Shown here in pieces: positions 30,826-40,470 of a stretch of DNA of 64,000 nucleotides. The stretch's first letter is position 1, and every line of letters begins with the position of its first letter. Origin of the DNA: Candidatus Latescibacterota bacterium (GTDB lineage Bacteria; Latescibacterota; UBA2968); contig OZ244960.1 in assembly GCA_965222605.1 (NCBI GenBank), positions 1,920,001 to 1,984,000 of the forward strand, in the 5' to 3' direction. A program made the translations under genes and the position numbers. Below the pieces are notes generated by a model. That model was given only the letters and a program-made list of their open reading frames with translations. It searched no databases and was not told the DNA's origin.

Positions 30826-31272
30826 ATGAAATCCCTGGAGTATTTTCCCGAAACGGATACGCTTCATATTACACTGAGTTCAACATCTGCATCTGGTGGC
30901 GCAGAAAATGCCGGATCAGATGGCGAACATCCGGACATCATTTTGTCCTATAATGATAAAGATAAATTGGTATCTATTACAATTGAAAATGCCAGTAAGG
31001 GTGTGGATCTGAACGATATTCTTTCGGGACACGCAAAAATTTTACATGGAAAAATAGAAACCATTTATTCAATTTCAGAATTAGCGGAAAAATTGGACAT
31101 CACACCACGCACATTGCGCAATACCATCCATTCGATGCGGGCTTCGGGAATAGACATCGGCAAACAATACGGGCCTACATATCCCATTATCCTATCTGAA
31201 CCTGACGCGCAAAAAATTGTACAATGGCGCAGTGAACACCCAAGAGGCAGACCTAAATTGGCATCCGTTTAG
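30826..31272 (+). CDS. DUF2283-like antitoxin with C-terminal HTH
   Basis: YFPETDTLHI...LSYNDKDKLVSITIENAS, then YSISELAEKLDITPRTLR and RGRP; AAAGGA RBS. Confidence 0.65.
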   Translation: MKSLEYFPETDTLHITLSSTSASGGAENAGSDGEHPDIILSYNDKDKLVSITIENASKGVDLNDILSGHAKILHGKIETIYSISELAEKLDITPRTLRNTIHSMRASGIDIGKQYGPTYPIILSEPDAQKIVQWRSEHPRGRPKLASV

Positions 31273-31373
31273 ACAGAACGCTCAGGCATTCAACAGTCCC
31301 TGAGATTTGCAACATCACCCTGGAACCTAAACAACATGGCAACTCTTATGTCATAGCATTTAAGGATGAAGAC

Positions 31374-32420
31374 ATGGAATCTCATTCTGTTTGGCAATAT
31401 TTGGCACCGGCTGACCGCGAAACTTTTGTTTCAGGTACAATTTGTTGGCTTATGGATCCAAAAGGAGACCATGGTTTAGGTAATCAATTATTATCTGTGT
31501 TACTCGAAAAATTGGAATTATCAGCTAACACAAATTCAGAATTGACAATAAGACCCGAAGTAACCGAGGGCAGAGATAAACGATTCGATATTTGCGTATA
31601 TGAAAATGACAATCTAATTGCTGTTTTTGAGGTCAAATGCAAAACATCCGGAAGTCGAGAGCAAATTGAAAACTATGCACAAACACAGATAAGACTTGGA
31701 AGAATTGCATTTGACGAGTGGAATTTTCCCGACCTTAGTGAAGATAATCGCACGAATTACCCTCTCATAACCTTTGCAAAGTTGGCCAAAATTTTAAGCC
31801 AAATATCATCCGTAGAGAACAATCCATTTGTCTTCTCATTCGCAACTCATCTTCGGCAAGAGGCTGATTTCTTCAAAAAATTACAGGGTTTTTTTATTGA
31901 AGAAACAGAAGAAAAACCTCCCCAACTTCCAACCGTTCATCGTTTTTCTGAACGATTTTGCAATCAACTATTCTGGCATTGGTTCAAAGAACAGAGCTGG
32001 GAAAAAAATCGGTTAAATACCGAGTGGACGACGAGATCCGAATATTCCGGTGTATGGTTCGCGTTTGAGGAAATAAGAATAGCAGAATCTCTATCGCTAT
32101 CCGAATTAAATCTGACATTGTCAGGCTCATTTTCGTACTGGATTCATATTGAATTAACAAATGGGACAGGTGGTATATTAGGCGAAAGAGGCGCGGAAGT
32201 TGGAAAAATTGAAATGGGAATTTATAACGATACAAACTGTCGGAATGATCTTTTCGATCAGATTCAAAACGCAGATCTTGGTTGTAAGTTTCATTCAGCC
32301 CAAAAGCGTCCTGCTCCAACATACTCGTACTGGAAAGCTCTCCGTTGCCCTTTAAAATTAGAAGATTTTCGTTTCTCAAAATTACACAAATTGATCGCAT
32401 TGCTTATACCACCAGAGTAA
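31374..32420 (+). CDS. PD-(D/E)XK nuclease family protein (PDDEXK_4-like)
   Basis: ETFVS..ICWLMDPKGDHGLG, RFDI...FEVK...EQIENY. Confidence 0.75.
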   Translation: MESHSVWQYLAPADRETFVSGTICWLMDPKGDHGLGNQLLSVLLEKLELSANTNSELTIRPEVTEGRDKRFDICVYENDNLIAVFEVKCKTSGSREQIENYAQTQIRLGRIAFDEWNFPDLSEDNRTNYPLITFAKLAKILSQISSVENNPFVFSFATHLRQEADFFKKLQGFFIEETEEKPPQLPTVHRFSERFCNQLFWHWFKEQSWEKNRLNTEWTTRSEYSGVWFAFEEIRIAESLSLSELNLTLSGSFSYWIHIELTNGTGGILGERGAEVGKIEMGIYNDTNCRNDLFDQIQNADLGCKFHSAQKRPAPTYSYWKALRCPLKLEDFRFSKLHKLIALLIPPE

Positions 32421-32835
32421 ATCGAAGCTTGACGAATAGGGAAGTACTCTGCCTTATCTGGAACAGGTCGAATTGGTATTTGTGCTATAAAAAAAGGGGG
32501 ATTATATTCAATAGTGCCGGAAAACAGTCCACTATTTATTCGCCAAATTTGAAAGAGCAACTTTAAGAAAACCCTTCTGATTCCGAATATAACCATTCAA
32601 ATCAGAAAAAATAGAGCGAGCAGTTAAATTATAGTATTCTTTTAAAACCATCACAATCGGCTCTTTTTTCTCAAACGGTATATCAAATATATCAACACAA
32701 TCTTCATCTTCTCTAAGAATCCCATTTTCAAAAGGACGAATAAAAATACTCGACTGAAATTGGCTGTAACCACTTTTGGGAGAATGAAGAACATCATTTC
32801 CATTTCTATTTTTTCGGTCATGATAATAAATTATG

Positions 32836-34160
32836 GGTCAAGTCCAAAAAGTTCTGTAAAAAGGTAGCTCCGTGATAGGGGTCAGTGATTTTGTTTCAAG
32901 TACGTCATGTCCAGATAGCGTCTGCCAGCGATCCACTCGTCAGACCACTCCATACACAAGGCGCCGATCAGGCGTTCACAGGCTTTCTCGTTGGGGAAGA
33001 TCTGGACGACATCAGCCCGTCTTTTGATCTCACGATTGAGTCTTTCCAAAAGGTTGGTGGTACGGATGCGTTTGCGATGCTGTTGTGGAAAGTCCAGGCA
33101 CGTCAGGCAATGCGCCACATCGCGGTCTATTTTGTCCACGAGTTTGGGTAGTACATTTTCATAGGTATCCATCATGTCTGATAGGCGTCGCTGTGCGGTG
33201 TTGCGATCGGGCGCGTTAAAAACGTCTTTGAGCGCATCGGCGACCTCGCGTTGATGCTTAGGGGGTGTGATGCCTCTGATATTTCGGTGAAAATGGGTTT
33301 GACAATGCTGCCAAGAGGCCCCTTGGAAGTGTCGTTTGATGGCGTTTTGTAATCCTTCATGGTGGTCAGAGATGACGAGTTGCACGCCCTTTAACCCTCG
33401 CTTTTTAAGGTCTTTAAACAAGGACGTGTAGGTGGCTTCTGTCTCGGTGTGTGCCACATCGAGTGATAGGATGTCTCGGTGTCCACTCTCTGAGATGCCA
33501 GTCACGATTAAGACCCCCTCAGAGACGACCTGTCCCCCAGATCGGATGTAGAGATAGGTCGCATCAATGATCAGGTAAGGGTATGCCTGTTCAAGCGGTC
33601 GCGCTCGCCAAGCCTGGATGTCTGCATCAAGTTCTTGACACAGGTCAGACACCTGAGACTTTGAAAAGGAGGTACCACACAACTGTTCTGTAATCTTAGT
33701 CACTTTGCGTGTGGAGACCCCTTGCAGATACGCCTCTTGAAGGGCAAGAATCAGGGCTTTTTCACTGCGTTGAAAGCGCGCAAATAATCCACTGTGGAAC
33801 CGTCCTTCTCGATCTTGAGGGACGCTCAGTTCGATACGGCCAACGCGCGTTTTGACAATACGGGGTTTATATCCATTACGGTAGCCCGTACGATCTGTCG
33901 TGCGTTGGTAGGGTTCTGCCTGTAAAAACGTGCTGATCTCCGCTTCGAGAAACTGCTGGAGGAAGCGTGTCACGGCCTGATTGAGAAAATCAGGATCATT
34001 CAAAAGTGCAAATTGCTCTGGCGAAGAAATTTTAATATCTTTGGGGTAAGTCATCGTAGCCTCCAAGTTAGGGTTTATACTACTTTGTCACCCCTATTTT
34101 AAGATTTTTCTCGGAGCTACGGTGACTTTTTCAATTTTACAGAAATATATGGACTCTATC
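32836..34160 (-). mobile_element. IS256-family insertion sequence
   Basis: Imperfect 26-bp TIRs (GGTCAAGTCCAAAAAGTTCTGTAAAA / GATAGAGTCCATATATTTCTGTAAAA); 8-bp TSD AAATTATG at 32828-32835 and 34161-34168. Confidence 0.93.
32882..34066 (-). CDS. IS256-family (Mutator) DDE transposase
   Basis: RNGY, VPQDREG, GVSTRKV, IDA, ISDHHEGL, QHCQTHF, RTTNLLERLNREIKRR. Confidence 0.95.
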   Translation of the reverse strand: MEATMTYPKDIKISSPEQFALLNDPDFLNQAVTRFLQQFLEAEISTFLQAEPYQRTTDRTGYRNGYKPRIVKTRVGRIELSVPQDREGRFHSGLFARFQRSEKALILALQEAYLQGVSTRKVTKITEQLCGTSFSKSQVSDLCQELDADIQAWRARPLEQAYPYLIIDATYLYIRSGGQVVSEGVLIVTGISESGHRDILSLDVAHTETEATYTSLFKDLKKRGLKGVQLVISDHHEGLQNAIKRHFQGASWQHCQTHFHRNIRGITPPKHQREVADALKDVFNAPDRNTAQRRLSDMMDTYENVLPKLVDKIDRDVAHCLTCLDFPQQHRKRIRTTNLLERLNREIKRRADVVQIFPNEKACERLIGALCMEWSDEWIAGRRYLDMTYLKQNH

Positions 34161-34629
34161 AAATTATGATACGTCCATCACCTTCCTCATCTCCCAAAAA
34201 ACTATCAGGAGTATGACATGCAAAAACCAACGCAATATTAATATCCTTTGTAAAATCTATCAAATTAGTCACCCCACCAAGATGTTGAATTTCAGCAAAA
34301 TACTTAACTAATTGAGAGGGCATATACCCCTGATTCCGCCATATATCCACATAAGACCTATCAACACCTTCAAAAGAAACAATATCCCGTGCAATAAGTT
34401 CTTCAGACTTGACTATAATACGATTTTTCATCACATAATCTAATGCGTCCCAATCATACACATCCGAAAGAAAACGATACAACCCAGAAGATATATAAGA
34501 ATACTTTTGAGGCTCTCCCCTATAAAGAACTTCAATACCCAAATCTTCTCCGCATCGTTTTTTCGATAAGTCAACAATGCTTTTAACCACTTCCGAATAA
34601 TAATCAAAAAATTCTTTACTCATTATTTC

Positions 34630-35361
34630 TTATCTCGGATTTACTGATAGATACAAATTTGCAACTCTCTCGGCATACCTCTCTGTTTGCTCCAATATCG
34701 CATCCTCAACATCTGTCCAGATGTTCGCATTGCATACATAACCAAAATACCCGCCACCATCCCATAAAGTAACCGTTTTTCTATAAGGCTTATCACCTCG
34801 ATAAAAAATAACTTCTTCCTCAAGACTTAATCCAATCGTATATGCAGCACTTTTATTATCTCCATTTACTACTTGCACAGAAAAGTATATATAACTCGAT
34901 GACCAAAATGGTGTTAAAGGAATACCATAGCGTCTTAATAACAACTCAAATTTATCTCTTACACGCTGTTCGGAAATTATTTTCTCAGCATTATCATTAA
35001 GAAATACTACGACCCTCAACTCATCTATATTACTAAAAATTGTCACATCAGAGGCAGTAGTAGCATAATACTCTGATCTAAATTTCTCAAATGCTCTTTT
35101 GTATTCTTCAGGTATTTCAGCAGGAATTTCTACCTTTTTTATCACCTCTTTTTCAATCAAAACAGTGTCACGCAAAATAACTTCTCTATCCACTATCAAA
35201 GTATCTACTTTCAAAATTGTATCTCTTACTGTTACAGTATCCACTAATCCCAGAAAATGCGACCAAGAACCTTCTTCTTGATCTCTTTTGCTACAACTCA
35301 CCAGTATCAGCAATCCCAACACTATACCAGTTATCCGAAAAAAATCTAATAAATTATTCAT
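34630..35361 (-). CDS. Hypothetical lipoprotein (AT-rich)
   Basis: Lipobox LVSC after a hydrophobic stretch; DT-rich repeats. Confidence 0.65.
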   Translation of the reverse strand: MNNLLDFFRITGIVLGLLILVSCSKRDQEEGSWSHFLGLVDTVTVRDTILKVDTLIVDREVILRDTVLIEKEVIKKVEIPAEIPEEYKRAFEKFRSEYYATTASDVTIFSNIDELRVVVFLNDNAEKIISEQRVRDKFELLLRRYGIPLTPFWSSSYIYFSVQVVNGDNKSAAYTIGLSLEEEVIFYRGDKPYRKTVTLWDGGGYFGYVCNANIWTDVEDAILEQTERYAERVANLYLSVNPR

Positions 35362-35407
35362 AAAATTATCCTATCACAACCTTTTGGCACTATCGTATAT
35401 AATTTTG

Positions 35408-35473
35408 AAAAAAAGCCCTGGAGAAATCCGGGGCTTAATTCGTAACTTTTTACTCACAACATCTCAAACATTT
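35408..35473 (-). terminator. Terminator / 3' module, copy A
   Basis: AAGCCCTGGA-GAAA-TCCGGGGCTT with an A run; homologous to 38667-38734. Confidence 0.7.
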
Positions 35474-35497
35474 GTGATCGGCGCGTAGTGTAATACG

Positions 35498-36850
35498 GTG
35501 ACTACTCCCAACGCTAAAGCTCTCTGCGAGTGGGCTTCTTGGCGGTCAAACCGCCTGACGTTGTAGCCCCAACGTCAATATATTTATGGCAGCATTGAGG
35601 TCTCTGTCTGTTGTATAGCCACACTTTTTGCAATGATGCACACGCTCAGAGAGTTTTTTCTTTTCTCTGTGCCCGCATGCCGAGCAATCTTGTGACGTGT
35701 ATTCAGGCTTGACGGCCTTGAATCCAATACCAGCCTCTTCCGCTTTGTATTCGAGACAGTGCCGAAACAGTGACCATGCTGCGTCTGCTATTGATTTAGA
35801 CAATCGCCTGTTCTTTTGCATCTTCTGAACTTTCAATTTCTCGACGGCTATGAAGCCGTAGCGATTGACCATTTTTCTTGATTCTTGATGGGCAAAGTTA
35901 TGTCGCTTATTACGGATACGCTCATGCACTCTGGCAATGACTTTACGACGCTTTTCTCTTACGGCGTCAGTTTTAGGTCTTTTTTTCACCGCGTCCCATT
36001 TGCGCTGTGCTTTGGCAAGAGTCTTTTCTTCTTTTCTAAAGAATCGCTGGTTGGCTATTGTCTGCCCGTCACTGGTTACAGCAAAGGAATTGAGACCCAC
36101 GTCAATGCCTGTTGGCGGGCGTTGCTCGTCACAAGGCTCTGGCTCGCCAATATCACAAGGGATAGATGCAAACCATTTACCCGTCGACGTGCGAGTGATA
36201 GTGCAAGACTTAGGAATACCTTCAAGTGGTCTGTGCTGGACAACGCGAATACAGCCTATTTTGCTCAATCGCAAGCCCTTGCCGTCCAATCGGCAACCGC
36301 TGGAAAAATTAGGATAGGTGATAGAATCATAGCGATTCTGTCCCTTATATCTGGGAAAGCCCGCTTTCTCGCCAGTCTTTGCCATCTTTTTGAGTCGGCG
36401 AAAGAAACCTTTGAATGCCAAATCGACTCTTGCTGATACTTGCTGCAATACCTGACTATATACTTGCGTAAATTCAGCATGTTGTTGCTTCAGCAATGGT
36501 ATCGTATTCGTCTGGTCATACTGGGACAGAGACTTATTCTCGTTTTTCCATGCTTGTTTTCTGGCGCAGAGGAGTTGATTGTAGAGAATGCGACATTCGT
36601 CAATATGCGCCAGCAAGATTCTTTCTTGCTTTTTCGTTGGTCGCAATCTATATTTTAATGACTTAACCATAATAAAAATATATACTTATGTGCCGTTTCT
36701 GTCAAGTAAAATCAAAGGACGAATCTTGTTGATTCACTGCCACCGATAGTCCCTTGTGGACTATCCCCATGGCTAAAGCCACCCCATAAATTCTAAGCCC
36801 TTCGCCATGCGACCCACACCTAATGGTTGTGGGTTTTACGGGCTTGTCTG
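35498..36850 (-). mobile_element. IS200/IS605-family tnpB-only (IS1341-like) element 1
   Basis: Left end begins CAGAC after TTAT; right end ...GGGAGTAGTCAC; subterminal hairpins; no TSD; excision restores the host ORF. Confidence 0.88.
35546..36670 (-). CDS. tnpB: RNA-guided endonuclease TnpB
   Basis: KYRLRPT HTH, GIDVG, VEKL, TSQDCSACG..CKKCG, DRDLNAAINI. Confidence 0.95.
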   Translation of the reverse strand: MVKSLKYRLRPTKKQERILLAHIDECRILYNQLLCARKQAWKNENKSLSQYDQTNTIPLLKQQHAEFTQVYSQVLQQVSARVDLAFKGFFRRLKKMAKTGEKAGFPRYKGQNRYDSITYPNFSSGCRLDGKGLRLSKIGCIRVVQHRPLEGIPKSCTITRTSTGKWFASIPCDIGEPEPCDEQRPPTGIDVGLNSFAVTSDGQTIANQRFFRKEEKTLAKAQRKWDAVKKRPKTDAVREKRRKVIARVHERIRNKRHNFAHQESRKMVNRYGFIAVEKLKVQKMQKNRRLSKSIADAAWSLFRHCLEYKAEEAGIGFKAVKPEYTSQDCSACGHREKKKLSERVHHCKKCGYTTDRDLNAAINILTLGLQRQAV

Positions 36851-37065
36851 ATAAACTGATTGGGACGTAAACCAACTGATTCATAGGTATGGCCTTCGCG
36901 ATCACAAAATTCAACTTCAAACGCTTGACCATCCGAAAGCACCTCAACAATTGTTCCAACCTGACCCTGACAGAGGCCATACTCGACAATATCTTCTGTC
37001 AATGCAACCACATCTAAAAGTTTGATGTCTTTATCCATATCATTTGGAATGAACATAAATAGTAG

Positions 37066-37193
37066 GGATATGTGATTTTCTTACAAAATAGACAGAAATT
37101 TATAAGCTGTCAACCATCGACAAGTGTTATATCCTGCTGCAAACAACAACACCATTCTAACACCGTCTGGTGTTCGTGTTGCAGATTTTAAAA
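37066..37193 (-). promoter_or_regulatory. Sigma70 promoter module, copy A
   Basis: Minus-strand TTGACA-N17-TATTTT; homologous to 40471-40599. Confidence 0.7.
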
Positions 37194-37255
37194 AAGGGAT
37201 TATTTTATACAGGTTCGATTTTTAGCATTTAGAAACCTTTTTTGGAGGGTTACAC

Positions 37256-38623
37256 ATGAACATCATTGTCGTAATGTCCGACACCCTGCGTTACGATCAT
37301 CTGGGGTGTCATGGAAATCCATGGATCCGCACGCCGCATATAGACGCATTTTCCAAACGCTGTATGGTCTTTGACCGCGCGTATCAAGCATCGTTTCCAA
37401 CAATACCCACGCGCACAGACATGATGACCGGCAGACTCACCTTTCCCTTTCGGGGCTGGACGCCACTTCCCGAAGATGAAGTCATCCTATCCGAACTGCT
37501 CACAGACGCGGGTTATGTAACCATGCTCTTATGCGACACACCGCATCTGGTAAGAGACGGACATCGGTTTGATCGCGGATTTTTGGGCTGGGAATGGATT
37601 CGCGGGCAAGAGGGCGACCGCGCAATCACAGACGATGTCCCCGTCCCCCTCGAATCAGTCCCCGAAAAAATTCGCACGGCTGAACGCATGCAACAACATC
37701 ACTATCTCTGGCGTGCAGTACACTGGGAAACAGAACGCGACACCTTTGTCGCCCGCACCATGCAACGCGCCGCAGACTGGCTGGAAGCAAACCACACCCA
37801 CGAAAAATTCTTCCTGTACATCGACACCTTTGATCCCCACGAACCGTGGGACCCTCCCGCGCACTACGTCAATATGTACAACCCCGGATACACAGGTGAA
37901 GTCATTGACCACCCCGTTTACGACTATTGCGATTATCTGAGCGCAGAAGAAATCAAACACACGCGGGCGCTATACGCAGGTGAAGTCACGCTCATGGACA
38001 CCTGGGTCGGTCACCTGTTAGAAAAAGTAGAAAACCTGGGCCTCTGGGAAGACACAGCCGTGATCTTCATGTCCGACCACGGGCATTATATCGGCGACCA
38101 CGGACGCATTGGCAAAAGCGGACAGGGACCAGATGGCGACTGGCCCTATTACGAAGAAGTATCCCACACAGCCTTTATGGGATATGTGCCCGGCAGCAAC
38201 GCAGCGGGAAAACGCACGAAATTCTTGACACAACCCGTCGATTTCATGCCCACAATTCTCGACCTGGCAGGCATAAAAAAACCCGATGGACTACACGGGG
38301 TATCAGTCGCCCCCATTTTAAAAGGCGAAAAAGCAGAAGAACGGCGGAAAGTCGCCGTCACATCGGCAACCCTGCCCGTGCGCGAAGACCGCAGCGTGTG
38401 TTCCAGCATCACAGATGGCAACTGGACATTGCACTATCGCGGACCCAACTGGCCGGCGGAATTATACGATTTGCGAACAGACCTCGCACAAAAGAACAAC
38501 GTGTATAACCGCAAAAACATGGCCGTAGCACAACGCCTGCACAAAGCGTATCTGGAAGTATTAAAACACGCTGAAACACCCGAAGAAAAATTCGCGTTGC
38601 GAACACAACTGCCCAATGTATGA
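37256..38623 (+). CDS. Sulfatase-like hydrolase (Thr at the nucleophile position)
   Basis: NIIVVMSDTLRYD, TIPTR in place of C/SxPxR, DPHEPW, SDHG, ELYDL. Confidence 0.88.
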   Translation: MNIIVVMSDTLRYDHLGCHGNPWIRTPHIDAFSKRCMVFDRAYQASFPTIPTRTDMMTGRLTFPFRGWTPLPEDEVILSELLTDAGYVTMLLCDTPHLVRDGHRFDRGFLGWEWIRGQEGDRAITDDVPVPLESVPEKIRTAERMQQHHYLWRAVHWETERDTFVARTMQRAADWLEANHTHEKFFLYIDTFDPHEPWDPPAHYVNMYNPGYTGEVIDHPVYDYCDYLSAEEIKHTRALYAGEVTLMDTWVGHLLEKVENLGLWEDTAVIFMSDHGHYIGDHGRIGKSGQGPDGDWPYYEEVSHTAFMGYVPGSNAAGKRTKFLTQPVDFMPTILDLAGIKKPDGLHGVSVAPILKGEKAEERRKVAVTSATLPVREDRSVCSSITDGNWTLHYRGPNWPAELYDLRTDLAQKNNVYNRKNMAVAQRLHKAYLEVLKHAETPEEKFALRTQLPNV

Positions 38624-38666
38624 TCAGTACATGGGTTCCCATTTTAGACTCTGAGATTTACAATAC

Positions 38667-38734
38667 AAAAAAGCCCTGGAGAAATCCGGGGCTTTTTTAT
38701 TCGTAACTTTTCGCACACAACATCTCAAACATTT
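38667..38734. terminator. Bidirectional terminator / 3' module, copy B
   Basis: AAAAAAGCCCTGGAGAAATCCGGGGCTTTTTT between convergent genes. Confidence 0.8.
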
Positions 38735-39738
38735 ATTTCGTACACTGCTTCCAATTCCCGTATTAGAAGATCCATCTGCTCAGGCTCTTTTTCGTACGTA
38801 TTGAATGATTTTACAGCTTCTGTTGCGATCTCCACCGACCTCTTTTCCTTGTCAATCCCGATATATCTTCTTCCCTCACTCAATGCTGCCAAAGCAGTCG
38901 TGCCGCTTCCTATAAAGCAATCGAGCACAATTTCATCAGGTTCGGTAAATAGCTTAATGGCTCTACGAGGTAACTCAACTGGAAACTTAGAATCATGATC
39001 TGAATTGCTGCGTACAGAAGGAATTTCCCATACGCCTCTGGAACCCCAATTTACCCATTCTTGTTTTGTAAGCCTTGATCTATCAACCTTCGTTATACCC
39101 GGCTTCCAAAAAATATAAATATATTCTGACTCATCTACAGAACGGTATGATATGGTATGCCATCTTGAATTCTCCCAGGCAGCGTCTTTTACCCATATAC
39201 GCCGGTCATACAAATAAAAATCTGCATCTGTAGCAGCTTTTTCTATTAATTCCCCAACGAGATAGACCCTTGTTTGGGATTGATATTTCCCACCTCTAAT
39301 ATTGTTACCGTTAAGCCGCCTATCTATTGTTTGCTCGCTGCAACCAAAGTGTTCTGCAAGTTTGTACCTATTCCAATTGGGATGCTGTTGTACAACCTTA
39401 AGTATGTCTTCTTTTGTAAGATTAATTTTTCGACGAGAAATGTTTTCTGCCATAATTTTGGGCATCGTCTCATCCTTAAAACACAATATATCGGCAATAT
39501 TGATCACTAAAAATCCACCGGGTTTTACAATAGGAAAATGAAGTTTAATCACCTTTCGCAGAAGATTTTTCCAATCTTCAAATGATAAATCCTTCTCGTA
39601 TTCTTTCCCGACGTAATACGGAGGGGACCAGATACTGAGCGCAATAGATTCCCGCTCAATTCTCCCCAAAAGCTCCTGCGAATCGCCGTGATATATCGCG
39701 TTTGGTGCAAGTGACTTAAACAAGTTTACGATTGCCAT
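38725..39738 (-). CDS. Beta-class N4-C/N6-A DNA methyltransferase with internal HTH-like insert
   Basis: SPPY precedes VLDCFIGSGTT; KFPVELP; insert NRYKLAEHFGCSEQTIDRRL. Confidence 0.9.
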   Translation of the reverse strand: MAIVNLFKSLAPNAIYHGDSQELLGRIERESIALSIWSPPYYVGKEYEKDLSFEDWKNLLRKVIKLHFPIVKPGGFLVINIADILCFKDETMPKIMAENISRRKINLTKEDILKVVQQHPNWNRYKLAEHFGCSEQTIDRRLNGNNIRGGKYQSQTRVYLVGELIEKAATDADFYLYDRRIWVKDAAWENSRWHTISYRSVDESEYIYIFWKPGITKVDRSRLTKQEWVNWGSRGVWEIPSVRSNSDHDSKFPVELPRRAIKLFTEPDEIVLDCFIGSGTTALAALSEGRRYIGIDKEKRSVEIATEAVKSFNTYEKEPEQMDLLIRELEAVYEINV

Positions 39739-40442
39739 GACCCTATACACTCCTGTCCGTCTTCATCATAGGTAAGCCTTTGTACTCGCCACGAAGCCTT
39801 GTCCTTTAACCTGCTAAAGCCTACTCTTACCCTGAAATCTTCACCCCGTGTTGGTGCATTTCTACCAGCCAGCCAGATACCATCATCAACCGTTGGATTA
39901 TACCTTGCTTGCAATTTTCCATTTGGAATTGCTACCATAGTCACTTCATGCAAACGGTGATGACCTGAAAGATCATCGTAGCTGAAATGAATAAGGCATG
40001 TCGTTGTAAGGTAATTTTTATCTCCATATCTGGATATTTCTGGCAAAAACCCTTTTTCATTAACCTGGGCACCGGATCGCCGTTGTCTCACGCACATGGA
40101 CGTTTGTGACATCTGAATCGTTGCAGAACGATTTTCCTTCTCTGCTTTTGAGTCAATAAATAATGCCTGTCTGACGGTTTGATCAGGGAGGATCACGTAT
40201 CTTGCTTTTTTGTAATCGACTGTTCCATATACCCTCTGTTGCACATTGAACCCTGAAAGCCGATCAAGCAATTCTCGAGTTATATCTTCAGCAATATCTT
40301 TAACACTATCAGGCGATTTAAGGAATATTTCATGTGCTTCCATTCCGAAATCATAAACCGCTTGAAATATCCAACGCAACGTGAGCTTTTCGATTTCCTC
40401 GATTTCATCCAGGGATAAAATTTTGGGGTCTTTTTCTGTCAT
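39726..40442 (-). CDS. SfiI-family type II restriction endonuclease
   Basis: LSLDEIEEIEK, AEDIT, DYKKAR, FIDSKAE, WLAGRNAPTRGEDFRVR resemble SfiI/BglI; adjacent to an MTase. Confidence 0.8.
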   Translation of the reverse strand: MTEKDPKILSLDEIEEIEKLTLRWIFQAVYDFGMEAHEIFLKSPDSVKDIAEDITRELLDRLSGFNVQQRVYGTVDYKKARYVILPDQTVRQALFIDSKAEKENRSATIQMSQTSMCVRQRRSGAQVNEKGFLPEISRYGDKNYLTTTCLIHFSYDDLSGHHRLHEVTMVAIPNGKLQARYNPTVDDGIWLAGRNAPTRGEDFRVRVGFSRLKDKASWRVQRLTYDEDGQECIGSWQS

Positions 40443-40470
40443 GTATTTACGTGGTATGTGACTTCAAAAT

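Larger units (their letters stand above)
32532..34623 (-). pseudogene. FRG-domain gene interrupted by an IS256-family element
   Basis: YRGE, QHLGGVTNLIDFT..IALVFAC at 34161-34623; removing the IS and one TSD copy restores the frame to ...QSSIFIRP...DLNGYIRNQ...NK* ending at 32532. Confidence 0.85.
35464..37038 (-). pseudogene. DUF4926 gene split by the tnpB element
   Basis: MDKDIKLLDVVAL...GQVGTIVE...FEVEF...RPNQFI; excising 35498-36850 restores VLHYAPITNV*. Confidence 0.85.
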
